64,000 nucleotides of DNA from Lepidodermella squamata (lineage: Eukaryota > Animalia > Gastrotricha): assembly GCA_047495785.1 (NCBI GenBank), contig JBLDXI010000007.1, positions 682,001 through 746,000 of the forward strand. Direction: 5' to 3'. Both the position numbers and the translations under genes were made by a program. The notes beneath the pieces are model-generated. The model worked only from the letters and a program-made list of their open reading frames with translations. It was not told the origin of the DNA and searched no databases. This document shows positions 63,201-64,000 of the stretch, one piece after another. Each line of letters starts with the position of its first letter. Within the stretch, counting starts at the first letter, position 1.

Positions 63201-64000
63201 TCGTATGTTTAGGGGGAGGCCAGCTGTAATCGCAAAACGATAACACAATAATATATCAATCTTCTTCAAATCCCTAAAGACTCACGTCACAGAAAGCGAA
63301 TTATACGTGCTATTTTTGCGAATCGTACGAGCGAAGTCCGGCACAGCGTAGTCCCATATAGAAGGAGCAGGAATCGTTTCGAATCTGTAGATATCCGAAA
63401 TAGCGATACGGCCGTCCATGTATTGTGCGAGTGCGTAAATCCCATAAGGAGAACTACAAAATAAATTGATTTTAAATTCTCATTATAAGCAAACTTTATG
63501 AGATTAAAAATTACTTGGGCTCCAGACCAGGCGAGGTAATATTGGTAACAAACAGCTTGATGCCTCTATCGACGATCCAATATTCGGGATTAGAAAAATT
63601 AACACTAACAACATGGCGATGCCACTGTGGAAGTCCAGTTTGTGTATCTAAGAAAATGCACTATTAAATAACGGACAATCGATTTTTCAAAATGAAAACG
63701 AACCATCACAAAATGCCGGATCGTAAAATCGCAGGTCCATGGACGGTGGAGCTCTTCGGTAATACAAGGACAGGGTTAGAAGTCGGTCTGTGTTAGATAG
63801 GTTGAAAGCAACGGTTACAGCGATCGACCATTTCGTATTTTCCAGATCTCTGAAATTGGCGTGAGACTGTTCGCGCCTCTGGCTCATTATTTTCACCGGC
63901 GTAATTGACATTGAGCTGCAATAGCCGCGATCTCCGTTTCCCTCAGTGTGAACGTAAACACTTGGATCAAGATCTTCAATGAACTCTTCAATAGCTTTTT
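60295..64000 (-). CDS. InR: Insulin/IGF receptor-like tyrosine kinase, copy 2 (5' part beyond the window)
   Basis: FnIII, RKRR cleavage site, [44 protein letters not shown]. Paralogous to copy 1. Confidence 0.95.

Overview
Eukaryotic (metazoan invertebrate) genomic DNA with short GT-AG introns of about 50-60 nt. The first ~37 kb is a nest of transposable elements. (1) A decayed CR1/L2-type LINE is split by a 2.8-kb non-autonomous LTR element with apparently identical 260-bp LTRs and a 5-bp TSD. (2) An L2-like LINE 3' fragment is split by a foldback MITE. (3) A 12-kb nest runs MITE > pogo-type TIR element > near-intact Jockey/I-group LINE plus a second, ORF1-only gag-like gene > Tc1-type non-autonomous element. 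(4) A defective MULE carries a P-type foldback element and a pogo-family DD35D transposase gene that splices in frame to a Ulp1/C48-like protease domain. The last ~26 kb is gene-dense: a class A GPCR with a very long third intracellular loop, eIF3L (6 coding exons) whose 6.4-kb intron holds three antisense 7TM receptor paralogs, and two tandem insulin-receptor-like kinases. The best candidate for an undescribed system is a ~90-140-nt multi-stem RNA motif present four times: twice in the LINE 3' UTR and once on each side of the stand-alone ORF1 gene, where the copies close with a box C/D-like kink-turn motif. The pogo-Ulp1 fusion is the second strongest. All structure, alignment and splice calls were made by eye and need computational confirmation.
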